Assembly (NCBI GenBank): GCA_002238805.1
Contig: MPNB01000007.1
Span: 2,536-66,535, forward strand
DNA from: Rhodothermaceae bacterium bin80
GTDB lineage: Bacteria; Bacteroidota; Rhodothermia; Rhodothermales; Bin80
Direction of reading: 5' to 3'
DNA: 64,000 nt
Shown in pieces: positions 37,261-46,432 of this stretch. The notes under the pieces were generated by a model. It made no database searches and was not told where the DNA came from. It saw nothing but the letters and a program-made list of their open reading frames with translations. The translations under genes were made by a program, and so were the position numbers. Positions within the stretch are counted from its first letter, which is position 1. The number at the start of each line of letters is the position of its first letter.

Positions 37261-37681
37261 GTTCGACCTCCTGCAGGTGGCATGCTACCCGGCGAGTGGC
37301 CTGTTCCAGGTCCGCATTGATTTCACACTCCCAGACAATGATGATCTGCCAGTCTAGGTTTTTGAGTGCCTCCACATTCCGTTTGTCCCGCTCGAGTGTA
37401 CTGCGGAATTTTTTCAGCCAGAAGGCCTGATTGGATTTTGGGGTGGCCGCGTGCTTACAACCATCGTGGCGATGCCAGAAACAACCGTGTACGAAGACGA
37501 CCGTACGGTATTTATGTAGCACGATATCGGGCTTTCCTGGCAGTTTTGTCTCATGAACCCTAAACCGGAACCCGAGTCTATGAAGGCTTGACCGAAGTTT
37601 GCACTCTGGTTCCGTATTACGTCCCTTGATGCGGGACATATTCCAGCTGCGTTGCTTTTTGGAGAGGTGATCTGCCATCAT
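37250..37681 (-). CDS. vsr: very short patch repair endonuclease
   Basis: Vsr hallmarks are present: RSWNMSRIKGRNTEPE, LPGKPDIVL and VFVHGCFWHRH. Its start forms an ATGA overlap with the methyltransferase stop at 37678-37681. Confidence 0.9.
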   Translation of the reverse strand: MMADHLSKKQRSWNMSRIKGRNTEPECKLRSSLHRLGFRFRVHETKLPGKPDIVLHKYRTVVFVHGCFWHRHDGCKHAATPKSNQAFWLKKFRSTLERDKRNVEALKNLDWQIIIVWECEINADLEQATRRVACHLQEVEHAT

Positions 37682-39232
37682 ATTCTCCCTCTGGCAACAT
37701 CCAGCACGTCTGCGACGACATCCCCAATTTGGCGAGCTAAATATGGCGGTACAGCATTCCCGATCTGGCGATACTGTTCGGTTCGGGGTCCCTCAAATTT
37801 GTAATTGTCCGGGAACGTCTGCAGCCGGGCTGCTTCACGCACAGTCAGGCTCCTGCATTGTGCCAGATCATAGTGGATATAGTAATGACCATCTTTAGCA
37901 ATGTGCGCTGTGATTGTGGAGGCAACCCGCTTTGGCAACTGCACCTTGAATCGGTCCACGAATTTTTCCCCTACCTTTCCATCTACAACATCACGGTGAT
38001 TCGGCAACAGAGCCGGTGGAAAGTCCTGTAATTTTGGACTCCTGCCGGTCACATGAGCAAAGGCTGCCGCGAACGCATAGCGCCTGAGGTCTGCCGTCAT
38101 GTGTGCACGCGCATCGTGCCCCGTCAATGTGCGTATGCGCGGATCATATATAAATTCCACTGCTCCACCTGTATGCACTGACTGCGAGGGATAAGAGGTT
38201 GCCTTACGCTTCAGCTGGCGTGGAGTGAATTTGAAGAGAGTCCCCACTTTGCTGAGTATGGCTTCAGTGTGAGGATGATCTGTAAAATCTACTTCCTCCA
38301 AGGAGCTAATTGCTTTTGTCCATGCCTCAGGAGTATCTGGCTTATCTGTAATTCCACTGCGAATTTTGGGCAGTTGCCCGATAATTTGCTCCACGGTTGG
38401 AGGTTTTTCACATGTTAGCTGCGGAGGTTGAATATCAAGATCGCTACGGATTCCCAAGGCGAAGACTCGATGTCGGGCTTGTGGTACACCATGCAATTCG
38501 GACTTGATCAGGAAGTCATGTGGCTTAATTCCATCGAACAAGCCGACTTGATTTGGGCAGTAAAGTCCGTGCAGCTCATACGTCGGAGATATATCCGTAG
38601 ATGCCCCCAATGCACGGCATGGATTCCTGAGATCTTCCCAGATCATCTGGATCATGGACTTCCCGTTATATTTAGCAGAAAGGAGTCCCTTCACATTCTC
38701 CATCACGAAGAGGGGAGGTCTGTGCTCAGCAATAACCCTCAGGTATTCTTTGTAGAGAAGGTGGCGCTCGTCCTGCTCGAATCCGGGCATTTTTTGCATA
38801 CGCGACCGGCCTGCTACTGAGTATGCTTGGCATGGTGGCCCGCCGACGAGCACCCATAGGGGGACATTTGCTAATCGCTCAGCGATGATCTTGCGGACAC
38901 TGTCATGATTTTGAGGTCCGAGTGTGATATGCAGAGCAGACTTCTCGGCATGATGTGAGGCGGAAGGATGAGACTCAAAGAGTTCAGCAGAGTCAATAGC
39001 GCCGTCCAGATAGCGATAATAGGCTTCTGGGGCTTTACCAAGTGGGAATGATCTAAAGAAATGTCTTAGGCGAAGCGTCTTATGCGCCCAAACGTCTTTT
39101 TCAATAGATGCGGCTAGAAAAAATCGGGGGGGGGGTAAATTGTTTATTGCTGCCGGTGGCGGCAGTAAACCCTTCGCCCAATCCGCCAGGTCCTGCGAAA
39201 AGATCAACGACAGGATATGGTGATATTTCCAT
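37678..39232 (-). pseudogene. dcm: DNA (cytosine-5)-methyltransferase, reading frame split at a C10 tract (OFF phase, inactivated, or homopolymer sequencing error)
   Basis: The downstream frame carries motif IV GGPPCQAYS, ENV (MENVKGL) and motif X QIGNAVPP. Motif I (VVDLFAGPGGLGEGF) lies in a 43-codon ORF that starts at the ATG at 39232 in a different frame. The two frames meet at the C10 run (G10 on the plus strand, 39126-39135). Confidence 0.85.
39126..39135. repeat. G10/C10 homopolymer tract inside the 5' end of dcm (slipped-strand candidate)
   Basis: The tract was read directly as aaatc gggggggggg taaat. Confidence 0.9.
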
Positions 39233-39892
39233 TAAAAACAGAATTGACGGGGCGTGCAGTTATCCGTGTGCTCTGGCAATATAGTGAATTTAGATACTTA
39301 GCAGCAATCCGGGCATGAGTTTAATTGAGTTCAGAATCCGCCGTGAGCCGACTTCGATCCATGGGTCCATTAGAATTTTTCGGCGCTTCGAAGACGCACC
39401 GGAATTCGGGATTTCTCGAGGGGATGCTTTCATGTCCAGATAGTGTCAATCCGAGGACTATTTCTCGTGCCATTCTGCCAAAAGGGCTTCCATCATATGT
39501 TTCGACAGAGGCCTGATTTGGGAAGATACGGATCGCATTTTACCGTAGTCTAAGTTCGAAAAACGGACGCGCAAGCACCTTATACTACGGAACTGGCCTG
39601 GAACTAGATGGGGATATTCGGCACGACTGTGGTCTGATCACCTCCCTCGTCCAATATCTTCACTGCTTGGGGGCTCGAATTTGTCTGGAATGATTCAAGA
39701 ATTCTGTGTGCTTCTTCATTGGGTTTTACAACGAAATAGCGATGCCGCTGTGCGCTAGGAAACGACTCGGGATCATGTGGGACAACTCCAGAGGTACACC
39801 CGAAATCACCCTTGCAACCCCATGGAGCTCGTGCTGCTGCAGCCCGGTAAAAAACGTCCACTAGGTCCAGTGCGATTCCCCATCTGCAACCA

Positions 39893-40425
39893 TAAAACCG
39901 CAACACCGGAGCTTCTTGCAAGGATTTTCAACGTAACACCAGAACTCCAATGTTTCTGATCTAGGTAGGACTTGAGTATCTAACGGAAAGCAAAGGAGTG
40001 TTCTCAATATCGGGTCAATCCATGCGCACTGTGGGGGAGCTACTACTGCACTGTTGGTTTACGGTATGTCCAAAGGTGCTTGATGAGTATGACGCGAAAT
40101 CCTGTTGAGGAGGTAGTATGATCCGTTTTTTGTGATCCTCAGGATGGCTAAGGGACCCGTGTAGGTGTAGCAAATGTGAACTCGACTTCCGTGGTGGAGA
40201 TATTATGTTAGCCGGGTTCAAGCTCGGGTATTTCGTGATTATCGAGAATTGGATAGAAAAATCTTCAAGTGTCGTTGAGTATGACGAACAAGTTTTCGAT
40301 AATGACACAGCGGGCATGAATGCATGCAGCAAAAGAATCAGGAAGGGTTCATGAGCTACTGTATGACAAGGGTTGGGCCTTGCCGGCTAGTTAGGCGTAA
40401 AAGAGAATAGAGCAGTTGTCAGACT
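39893..40425. repeat. right, decayed copy of the direct repeat (SDR 3'-end remnant with a 270-bp internal deletion plus downstream sequence)
   Basis: It is colinear with 29262-30035 at roughly 75-80% identity by eye. The segment 29468-29737 of the left copy is missing, and the junction lies at the microhomology cggaatc (29461-29467 and 29731-29737). The remnant frame reads ...KTATPELLARIFNV..., compared with TTTPELLARVFKV in the intact gene. Confidence 0.8.
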
Positions 40426-40460
40426 TTATTAAATCAGTCGGATCATTTACGGAGTAAAAT

Positions 40461-41303
40461 ATGAGGTCCGTAGCACGTGATTTTACCATCGCATTAATAA
40501 GTGAGATTTTCAGTTCAGAGAGTGAGCTAATCGCATGCCTTGAGAGCGCACGTGATCAGGGCGCGGTATTGGCGATCTTGCCGGAGCTACCGTTCAATTT
40601 GTGGTCCCCAGCTACGAGGATAGCAAGCCCAGAGGACGCGGAGGGGCCGGGAGGTTGGCGAGAAAAGATGCAACGAGCTGCTTCCAAAAAAGCAGGTATA
40701 GCAGTATTGGGAGGGATCATTCGCGAAGCTAGTAATGGTCTTCGAACAAATCTGGCGTTGCTGTCAGATTCACGCGGCCGCATAGTAGGGTCGTCTGCGA
40801 AACACGTCCTGCCAGATGAAGAAGGGTTTTGGGAGTGTGATCATTACCAGCCATCTACGGATCCTCCACGTGTGGTTGAATTTAAGGGGACTAAGCTGGG
40901 TATTCAGATATGCTCGGATGCTAATCGACCTACCGCAGGACAGCTTCTCGCTGCACAAGGTGTGCAGGTAATCCTGGCACCTCGTGCGTCAAGTCCTTCC
41001 TCATGGAAACGATGGCGACTGGCTTACCAAGCCATGGCCTTGACCTGTTCGGCGTGGGTGGTATCGGTCGGGCGCCCTCGCCCGGAGTTCGGGGTGGACA
41101 TTGGGGGCCCGTCACTGGTAGTGGATCCCATGGGCGAAGTTGTTTTAGAAACAACAGATCGCATTGCTGTGACAGCATTGGATTTGCGCGCCGTAGAGGG
41201 TGCCCGGCGGTCATACCCCGGCTACCTTGCATGGCCCGCAAAAACGTACATGGCCGGATGGGCTGAAATTCATGAGAATCACGTTAAGCAGACAGTTACA
41301 TGA
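40461..41303 (+). CDS. carbon-nitrogen hydrolase (nitrilase superfamily) protein
   Basis: The Glu-Lys-Cys triad contexts are AILPELPF, AKHVLPDEE and LGIQICSDA. Confidence 0.8.
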   Translation: MRSVARDFTIALISEIFSSESELIACLESARDQGAVLAILPELPFNLWSPATRIASPEDAEGPGGWREKMQRAASKKAGIAVLGGIIREASNGLRTNLALLSDSRGRIVGSSAKHVLPDEEGFWECDHYQPSTDPPRVVEFKGTKLGIQICSDANRPTAGQLLAAQGVQVILAPRASSPSSWKRWRLAYQAMALTCSAWVVSVGRPRPEFGVDIGGPSLVVDPMGEVVLETTDRIAVTALDLRAVEGARRSYPGYLAWPAKTYMAGWAEIHENHVKQTVT

Positions 41304-42724
41304 AAACCAGGTTTGTATTACTTGCTTTTGTTCTTACCTTTCTGCCCCAGACGCTCATGGCGCAGAAGACAGAGATTATCAACTCACTGGATGCTCGGGC
41401 AGACGAGTACTTTCAGGTGGCTCATAAAATTTGGGAATGGGCTGAGGTAGGCTATCAGGAGGAGAAGAGCAGCGCTCTTCTGAAGGATGTACTTGCACGT
41501 GAAGGGTTTTCTATTGAGTCAGGAGTGGTAGGTATTCCTACGGCTTTTATAGCTGAGTATGGAAGTGGAGCCCCAGTGATTGGCATACTTGCCGAGTTTG
41601 ACGCTTTACCAGGATTATCACAGAAAGCAATTCCAGTCCGGGAGGCACGCGTGAACGATGAGGCAGGGCACGCGTGTGGTCATCATTTATTCGGTGCAGC
41701 CTCGGTAGCGGCTGCTGTAGCCGTTAAGGACTGGTTGGCTACCAGTGGGCAGAGTGGCACAGTCAGACTCTATGGTACGCCCGCCGAAGAGGGGGGAGCC
41801 GGTAAGGTGTATATGGTTCGTGAGGGGTTGTTTGATGATGCGGACGCAGTGCTCCACTGGCATCCAGGTGACAGAAATGATGCCAGCCCGGCAACGACAC
41901 TGGCAAATCGTTCAGCAAAATTTCGGTTCTATGGACATTCTACACATGCGGCCGGAGCTCCTGAGCGGGGCCGGAGCGCATTGGACGGAGTGGAAGCCAT
42001 GAATATGATGGTCAATATGCTTCGTGAGCATGTACCCCAGGAAACACGTATCCACTATGTCATCACGCGCGGGGGACTGGCACCTAATGTTGTCCCGGAC
42101 TACGCGGAAGTATACTATTACGTACGGCATCCCCTTGCTCAGACATTGGAGGAAATTTTCCCGCGTGTTGTCAAGGCAGCTGAAGGAGCAGCCTTGGGAA
42201 CCGGCACCACTATGGACTTCGAAATTATTCACGGCCTGCACAGCATATTGCCCAATGATGCTCTGTCTCAGGCTATTCTGTCCAATATGGAGTCCTTGGG
42301 AGGGATCCAGTATGATGCAGAGGAGCAGCGCTTTGCCGAAGAGATTCGAAAAACACTGGATGCGGCGTCTATTCCTTTGGGTTCAGAATCCACGGTTCAG
42401 CCGTTCCTGCCTAAGATCACCAAGGGATCCACGGACGTTGGAGATGTGAGCTATATGGTACCAACTGCGGGCTTTTCAGCGGCTACCTGGGTTCCCGGAA
42501 CAGCAGCACACAGCTGGCAGGCTGTGGCCGCCGGAGGGATGAGTATCGGGAAGAAGGGACTCGTTCTGGCCGCAAAAACCCTAGCCCTGACAACCTTGGA
42601 TCTGCTATTGGATAACGAACTGTTACTTACAGCGCGACAAGAGTTTGAGGAGCGAAGGGGCCCCGGTTTTGAATATCAGCCGCTACTTGGTGATCGAGAT
42701 CCACCCTTGGATTACCGGAAGTAG
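41300..42724 (+). CDS. M20 family amidohydrolase (AbgB-like)
   Basis: A signal peptide is followed by metal-site contexts GHACGHHLFG, GTPAEEGGAGK and HWHP. Its start overlaps the preceding gene's stop by 4 nt. Confidence 0.8.
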   Translation: MKTRFVLLAFVLTFLPQTLMAQKTEIINSLDARADEYFQVAHKIWEWAEVGYQEEKSSALLKDVLAREGFSIESGVVGIPTAFIAEYGSGAPVIGILAEFDALPGLSQKAIPVREARVNDEAGHACGHHLFGAASVAAAVAVKDWLATSGQSGTVRLYGTPAEEGGAGKVYMVREGLFDDADAVLHWHPGDRNDASPATTLANRSAKFRFYGHSTHAAGAPERGRSALDGVEAMNMMVNMLREHVPQETRIHYVITRGGLAPNVVPDYAEVYYYVRHPLAQTLEEIFPRVVKAAEGAALGTGTTMDFEIIHGLHSILPNDALSQAILSNMESLGGIQYDAEEQRFAEEIRKTLDAASIPLGSESTVQPFLPKITKGSTDVGDVSYMVPTAGFSAATWVPGTAAHSWQAVAAGGMSIGKKGLVLAAKTLALTTLDLLLDNELLLTARQEFEERRGPGFEYQPLLGDRDPPLDYRK

Positions 42725-42767
42725 TATCATGCCAAGTCATTTGGCGTGATAGGAAGAGCAGGGTTGG

Positions 42768-44684
42768 TCACAGATGTGCAGTGGTGTTTTTTCCGAAGAA
42801 TGCTTCTAATGCGCGTTCTGAGTTTGAGTGTCCATAACGTGTCCCGAACCACGCAGCTAGAAGAGAGGCAAGAAAGCCCCATATAAATGGATCGAGTTCG
42901 AGAGGGCGAATAGGACTGGCGTTGCCGATGGTTACAAAGCCAATCAGGTACAGGAGCACATAAATCACTATCCCAAAAACCATTGACATGATAGCGCCTG
43001 ACTTATTGAAGCGGGGCCAGTACAGACCGAGTGCTACAGGTGCCAGGAACGCAACTGCAAGCCCCCCTCCGGTAAATACGATCAGATACTGTAGAAACTG
43101 CGGTGGGTAAAGCGCTCCAATTGTAGCCAGAACTCCAACAAGAATCGTTGTACCATAACTGAATCGCTTCAGTAGGCGCTCGGTAGCGTCGGGCCGGATG
43201 GATTGCTGGTAAATGTCACGGACAATACTGGACGTGATCATCAGCATGAAACTGTCTACCGTACTCATCGCAGCAGCGAAGGGGGCAGCAATGAGAATTC
43301 CAGCCATCCATGGAATACCGGCTCCATCCGAGAGCAGGTAGGCCATTACGGGCATAATCCTGTCGGGTGTATGATCTAGTCCAGGCGCAAGTAGGCGAGC
43401 ACAACAAAAGATGATGATCAGCGGGAAGTAGATCAGCGAGAAATAAACCGCGAGAGAAGCGATGGCACGGCGCAGGGTGCGCGTGCCGGTAAAGGCCATA
43501 AGACGTACCATGTTGCCGGGCTGTCCAGTACCGGCAAGAGCCCAAAAAGCAAAGAAAGACACTGCCACCCCGAGCGGTAGGAAGCCGTTGGGGTCCGACG
43601 GACTGGGGCCAGGCGGACGCATATAGGTGCCTTCCGTGTTGTCCCCCCGGGCGTACGGTATTAGCTGACCGACACGAGGTTTAGCGGGTAGGAGGGGGAG
43701 TTCAGTTTGTGTTATCCGCGCGATTTCCCGCGGTGTAACAACCTGCGTAACCTTTATGGATACGGACTCGGTATTACCTGCAGGAATGAGTGCTGCTTCG
43801 TTCGTGCGTAATAATCGTCCCTCGTCCATGAACCATGTGTCCGTATTAATCCTGATGCCTTCGGGCGGTGCTGGTGAGTCAATCACAAAAGATGCTGTTC
43901 CCAGGCGAGGGGCTTGCATGGGATTCATTTCTAGGGAGGCATTACGGAGGCCGCCCACCTGTACCAAGGTAAAAACCAGCATCAGGAGTACACCGAGGAG
44001 CATAACAAAGCCCTGCAGAATGTCGGTCCAGACGACGGCCCTGAATCCTCCAAATGTGGTATAAGCCACAACCAGAACGGCAAACACGAGTAGGCCAAGT
44101 ACGTACTCGGGGCCTGTGCCAGTGGGTATCAAATTCGGTAGACCACTTTGAAGCCAAAGAGCTGCTTCCTGGTAGAGGGGAGAATCCCCCAATAACTGCT
44201 GCATGATCAATGCTGCAAGCGTAAACTGGGGCACGAGGAATACACAGAGCAGAACCGATAACAGTACAGTACTCATGAGTGCCAGCGCGCGACTTTCAAA
44301 ACGCGCATGGAGAATATCTGGTATCGTGATTGCCCCCGTTCGACGGGAGATAAGACTCAGGCGTTTGCCCAGCAAGCCCATGCCGCAGAGGGGAAAGATC
44401 ATGTAGCTGGCTATCCATAGTGCCAGTGACCAGCCATGAGCATAGATGAGTGATGGGAACCCTGCAAAAGAGCCCGCAGATGCACTGGTTGCTCCAAAAG
44501 TCAGGGCAAGCGCAATGACGCCCAGTCCGCGGCTTCCCAGAAAGTATTCGCTAATGAACGCCCGTTTCTTAAAGGCATAGTTCGAGAGCACCGCCAGCCC
44601 AAGAACAATAGCAGTATAGCAGAGAAAGGCAATTAGCGGAGCATTGGTATCACTGCTCATCGCTCCCTGTCTTTCATGTGACAC
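42768..44684 (-). CDS. sodium:solute symporter family transporter (PanF/PutP-like) with a large hydrophilic insertion
   Basis: It is a multi-TM SSS-type protein of 638 aa. A hydrophilic segment of about 100 residues (...IDSPAPPEGIRINTDTWFMDEG...MRPPGPSPSDPNG) sits between helices. Confidence 0.8.
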   Translation of the reverse strand: MSHERQGAMSSDTNAPLIAFLCYTAIVLGLAVLSNYAFKKRAFISEYFLGSRGLGVIALALTFGATSASAGSFAGFPSLIYAHGWSLALWIASYMIFPLCGMGLLGKRLSLISRRTGAITIPDILHARFESRALALMSTVLLSVLLCVFLVPQFTLAALIMQQLLGDSPLYQEAALWLQSGLPNLIPTGTGPEYVLGLLVFAVLVVAYTTFGGFRAVVWTDILQGFVMLLGVLLMLVFTLVQVGGLRNASLEMNPMQAPRLGTASFVIDSPAPPEGIRINTDTWFMDEGRLLRTNEAALIPAGNTESVSIKVTQVVTPREIARITQTELPLLPAKPRVGQLIPYARGDNTEGTYMRPPGPSPSDPNGFLPLGVAVSFFAFWALAGTGQPGNMVRLMAFTGTRTLRRAIASLAVYFSLIYFPLIIIFCCARLLAPGLDHTPDRIMPVMAYLLSDGAGIPWMAGILIAAPFAAAMSTVDSFMLMITSSIVRDIYQQSIRPDATERLLKRFSYGTTILVGVLATIGALYPPQFLQYLIVFTGGGLAVAFLAPVALGLYWPRFNKSGAIMSMVFGIVIYVLLYLIGFVTIGNASPIRPLELDPFIWGFLASLLAAWFGTRYGHSNSERALEAFFGKNTTAHL

Positions 44685-44893
44685 AGGGCGAACCAGAGAC
44701 TATAGGCTGTGGCGATGAGCCAGGGTAAACCTATTCCGAACACCACCCATGTAGGCATACCCCATAGTAACTCGACACTACCGGGCCTATATGCAAAGAT
44801 GGCACAGTAACCGATTGTCCAGACCATACAGACGGCCCAGGCGATCAGAATATGCAGGGCTTCCCGGCGTGCGCGTCGAAAAGCTGAAGGCAT
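44657..44893 (-). CDS. YhdT-like small membrane protein (DUF997)
   Basis: The 78-aa product has two TM helices and lies directly upstream of, and overlapping, the SSS transporter gene. This matches the E. coli yhdT-panF arrangement. Confidence 0.55.
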   Translation of the reverse strand: MPSAFRRARREALHILIAWAVCMVWTIGYCAIFAYRPGSVELLWGMPTWVVFGIGLPWLIATAYSLWFALCHMKDRER

Positions 44894-45357
44894 TATCGTC
44901 GGATCTCCAGAATGAGCTCGGTTTCAACAGCACTGCCCAGCGGTAACTGGGCTACGCCAACAGCAGAGCGTGCTCCGATTCCTGAATCTCCAAAAACTTC
45001 TCTCAGAAGCTCAGATGCCCCGTTAATCACCAGGTGCTGATTCGTGAAGTCAGGTTCAGAATTGACGAAGCCTGTCAGTCGGAGAACTCTGGCAATACGA
45101 TCCAGTGAACCCAGCGCTTGGCATGCCATGCGCAGATTGTTAGCTGCACAGAGCGCCGCTGCCCGTTGCGCAGTGGCAAGGTCCAGGTCGGACGGCACTT
45201 TGCCTGCAAATTGGAGGTGGCCCTGTGCTACCGGCACAGCGCCGGATACGTAAGCGATCGTGTCTATCACTGTAACTGGTTTATACAGTCCGCCGGGAGC
45301 AGGCACATCGTCAAGCGGGTAGCCAAGTGATTCCAGACGTTCGAGACGGTCATGCAT
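44893..45357 (-). CDS. RidA/YjgF family protein
   Basis: The 154-aa product has a YjgF-type C-terminus (ARSAVGVAQLPLGSAVETELILEI). Confidence 0.8.
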   Translation of the reverse strand: MHDRLERLESLGYPLDDVPAPGGLYKPVTVIDTIAYVSGAVPVAQGHLQFAGKVPSDLDLATAQRAAALCAANNLRMACQALGSLDRIARVLRLTGFVNSEPDFTNQHLVINGASELLREVFGDSGIGARSAVGVAQLPLGSAVETELILEIRR

Positions 45358-46432
45358 GGATTTGAGGTAAGCAGTGACGAAAGAATTTAAGCCAGTTACC
45401 GTAAAAGATACCGTTTACATCGGCAGCAGAATAGCCGCGTTCGTGAAGCAACTTCGTCAGTAAATGCAGATCAGAGTAGCAGTCCAGACCAATAGGTGTC
45501 TGATCACTGCCAAAGCCACCATCCAGATCACTGCCGATGGCGATGTGCTTAGTATTGCCGGCGAGGTCACAGATATGGTCTATATGATCCACAGCAGCAC
45601 TCATATTTACGACTGTGCGACTGGTCTCGCCACGCACCCAGCCGGGATATAGCATCCACGCATCGAATGCAATACCGATAACAGCATCTCGGGCAATCAA
45701 GTCACGAATTTGCCCATCGGAGAGTTGTCGCTGTCCGGGTACTAATGCCCGGCAGTTATGGTGACTGGCCAGAATGGGCCCGCTGTAGTACTTCATAACA
45801 TCAGCCATGCCTCTGTCACTCAGGTGAGTTACATCCAATGCGATGTTCAAAGACTCAAATTCGCGGAGCAGCGCATATCCTCGTGGGGTTAGTCCGTCGG
45901 TTGTGTTGGTACCGCAAGCGTATTGTCCTGCGCCGTAATGTGTTAATCCTGCTGCACGGACTCCCATTTTATACCAGCGGTGCACATCGTCAGGATCCAG
46001 TATGGGATCGCACCCTTCGAAGCTGATAATGAGGCCCAGTGTTTCTGGATTGGCCCAGTGCGTATTCAAATCATCAACAGTACGGATAATACATGCTCGC
46101 TGAGATCGCTCGAGCCATTTGTAATAAGCAAACTGTCCGTGCGCATGTGCATGTGCGATAGAGGGATGAACATAATCCAGATCACGTCTGAGCGTGGCTA
46201 GCGGGGGAGAGGGGCCACTGCGTGCCAACAGCGTAGCTACACAAATGTGCAGATCTGCACGTGCAAGTTCGTCCAGTGAGACTGTGCAGTTACCGCGAAA
46301 CGGGGCATCGTTGTACTGCGAATCCGCCTTACACAGGTCATCCAGGGAGAGCGTCAGGTCCCGATTAAAAGAGAGCGCATTCCAAGCCAGGTCTAAATGC
46401 GCATCAAAGAGTGGTGTTAAAGGCTTAGCCAT
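45350..46432 (-). CDS. membrane dipeptidase family (peptidase M19) protein
   Basis: Motifs are FDAHLDLAWN, GLTHYG and ILASHHNCRAL. I prefer the ATG at 46432 (MAKPLTPLFDAHLD) to the track start at 46465. Confidence 0.8.
   Translation of the reverse strand: MAKPLTPLFDAHLDLAWNALSFNRDLTLSLDDLCKADSQYNDAPFRGNCTVSLDELARADLHICVATLLARSGPSPPLATLRRDLDYVHPSIAHAHAHGQFAYYKWLERSQRACIIRTVDDLNTHWANPETLGLIISFEGCDPILDPDDVHRWYKMGVRAAGLTHYGAGQYACGTNTTDGLTPRGYALLREFESLNIALDVTHLSDRGMADVMKYYSGPILASHHNCRALVPGQRQLSDGQIRDLIARDAVIGIAFDAWMLYPGWVRGETSRTVVNMSAAVDHIDHICDLAGNTKHIAIGSDLDGGFGSDQTPIGLDCYSDLHLLTKLLHERGYSAADVNGIFYGNWLKFFRHCLPQIHA

Larger units (their letters stand above)
30036..39892. mobile_element. ~9.9-kb genomic (defence) island with no recognisable integrase or transposase
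   Basis: This is the segment between the two repeat copies. All its cargo genes lie on the minus strand and are unrelated to the flanking metabolism genes. Its boundaries are set by the ends of the repeat homology. Confidence 0.6.

Noticed and set aside
37678-39207. The TTG at 39207 as the genuine start of a 509-aa methyltransferase.
   Set aside because: That product would lack SAM-binding motif I, which is encoded just upstream in another frame. The first 27 residues are simply the frame-shifted reading of that motif region.
39604-39921. A 105-aa minus-strand ORF between dcm and the right repeat, as a possible seventh island gene.
   Set aside because: Its N-terminal third is antisense to the SDR-remnant repeat and has an implausible Cys/Trp/Gly-rich composition. 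There is no internal ATG and I recognise no family. The C-terminal part could still hide a small gene.
40015-40332. A 105-aa minus-strand ORF.
   Set aside because: It lies entirely within the decayed repeat copy, antisense to the SDR remnant and its downstream non-coding sequence.
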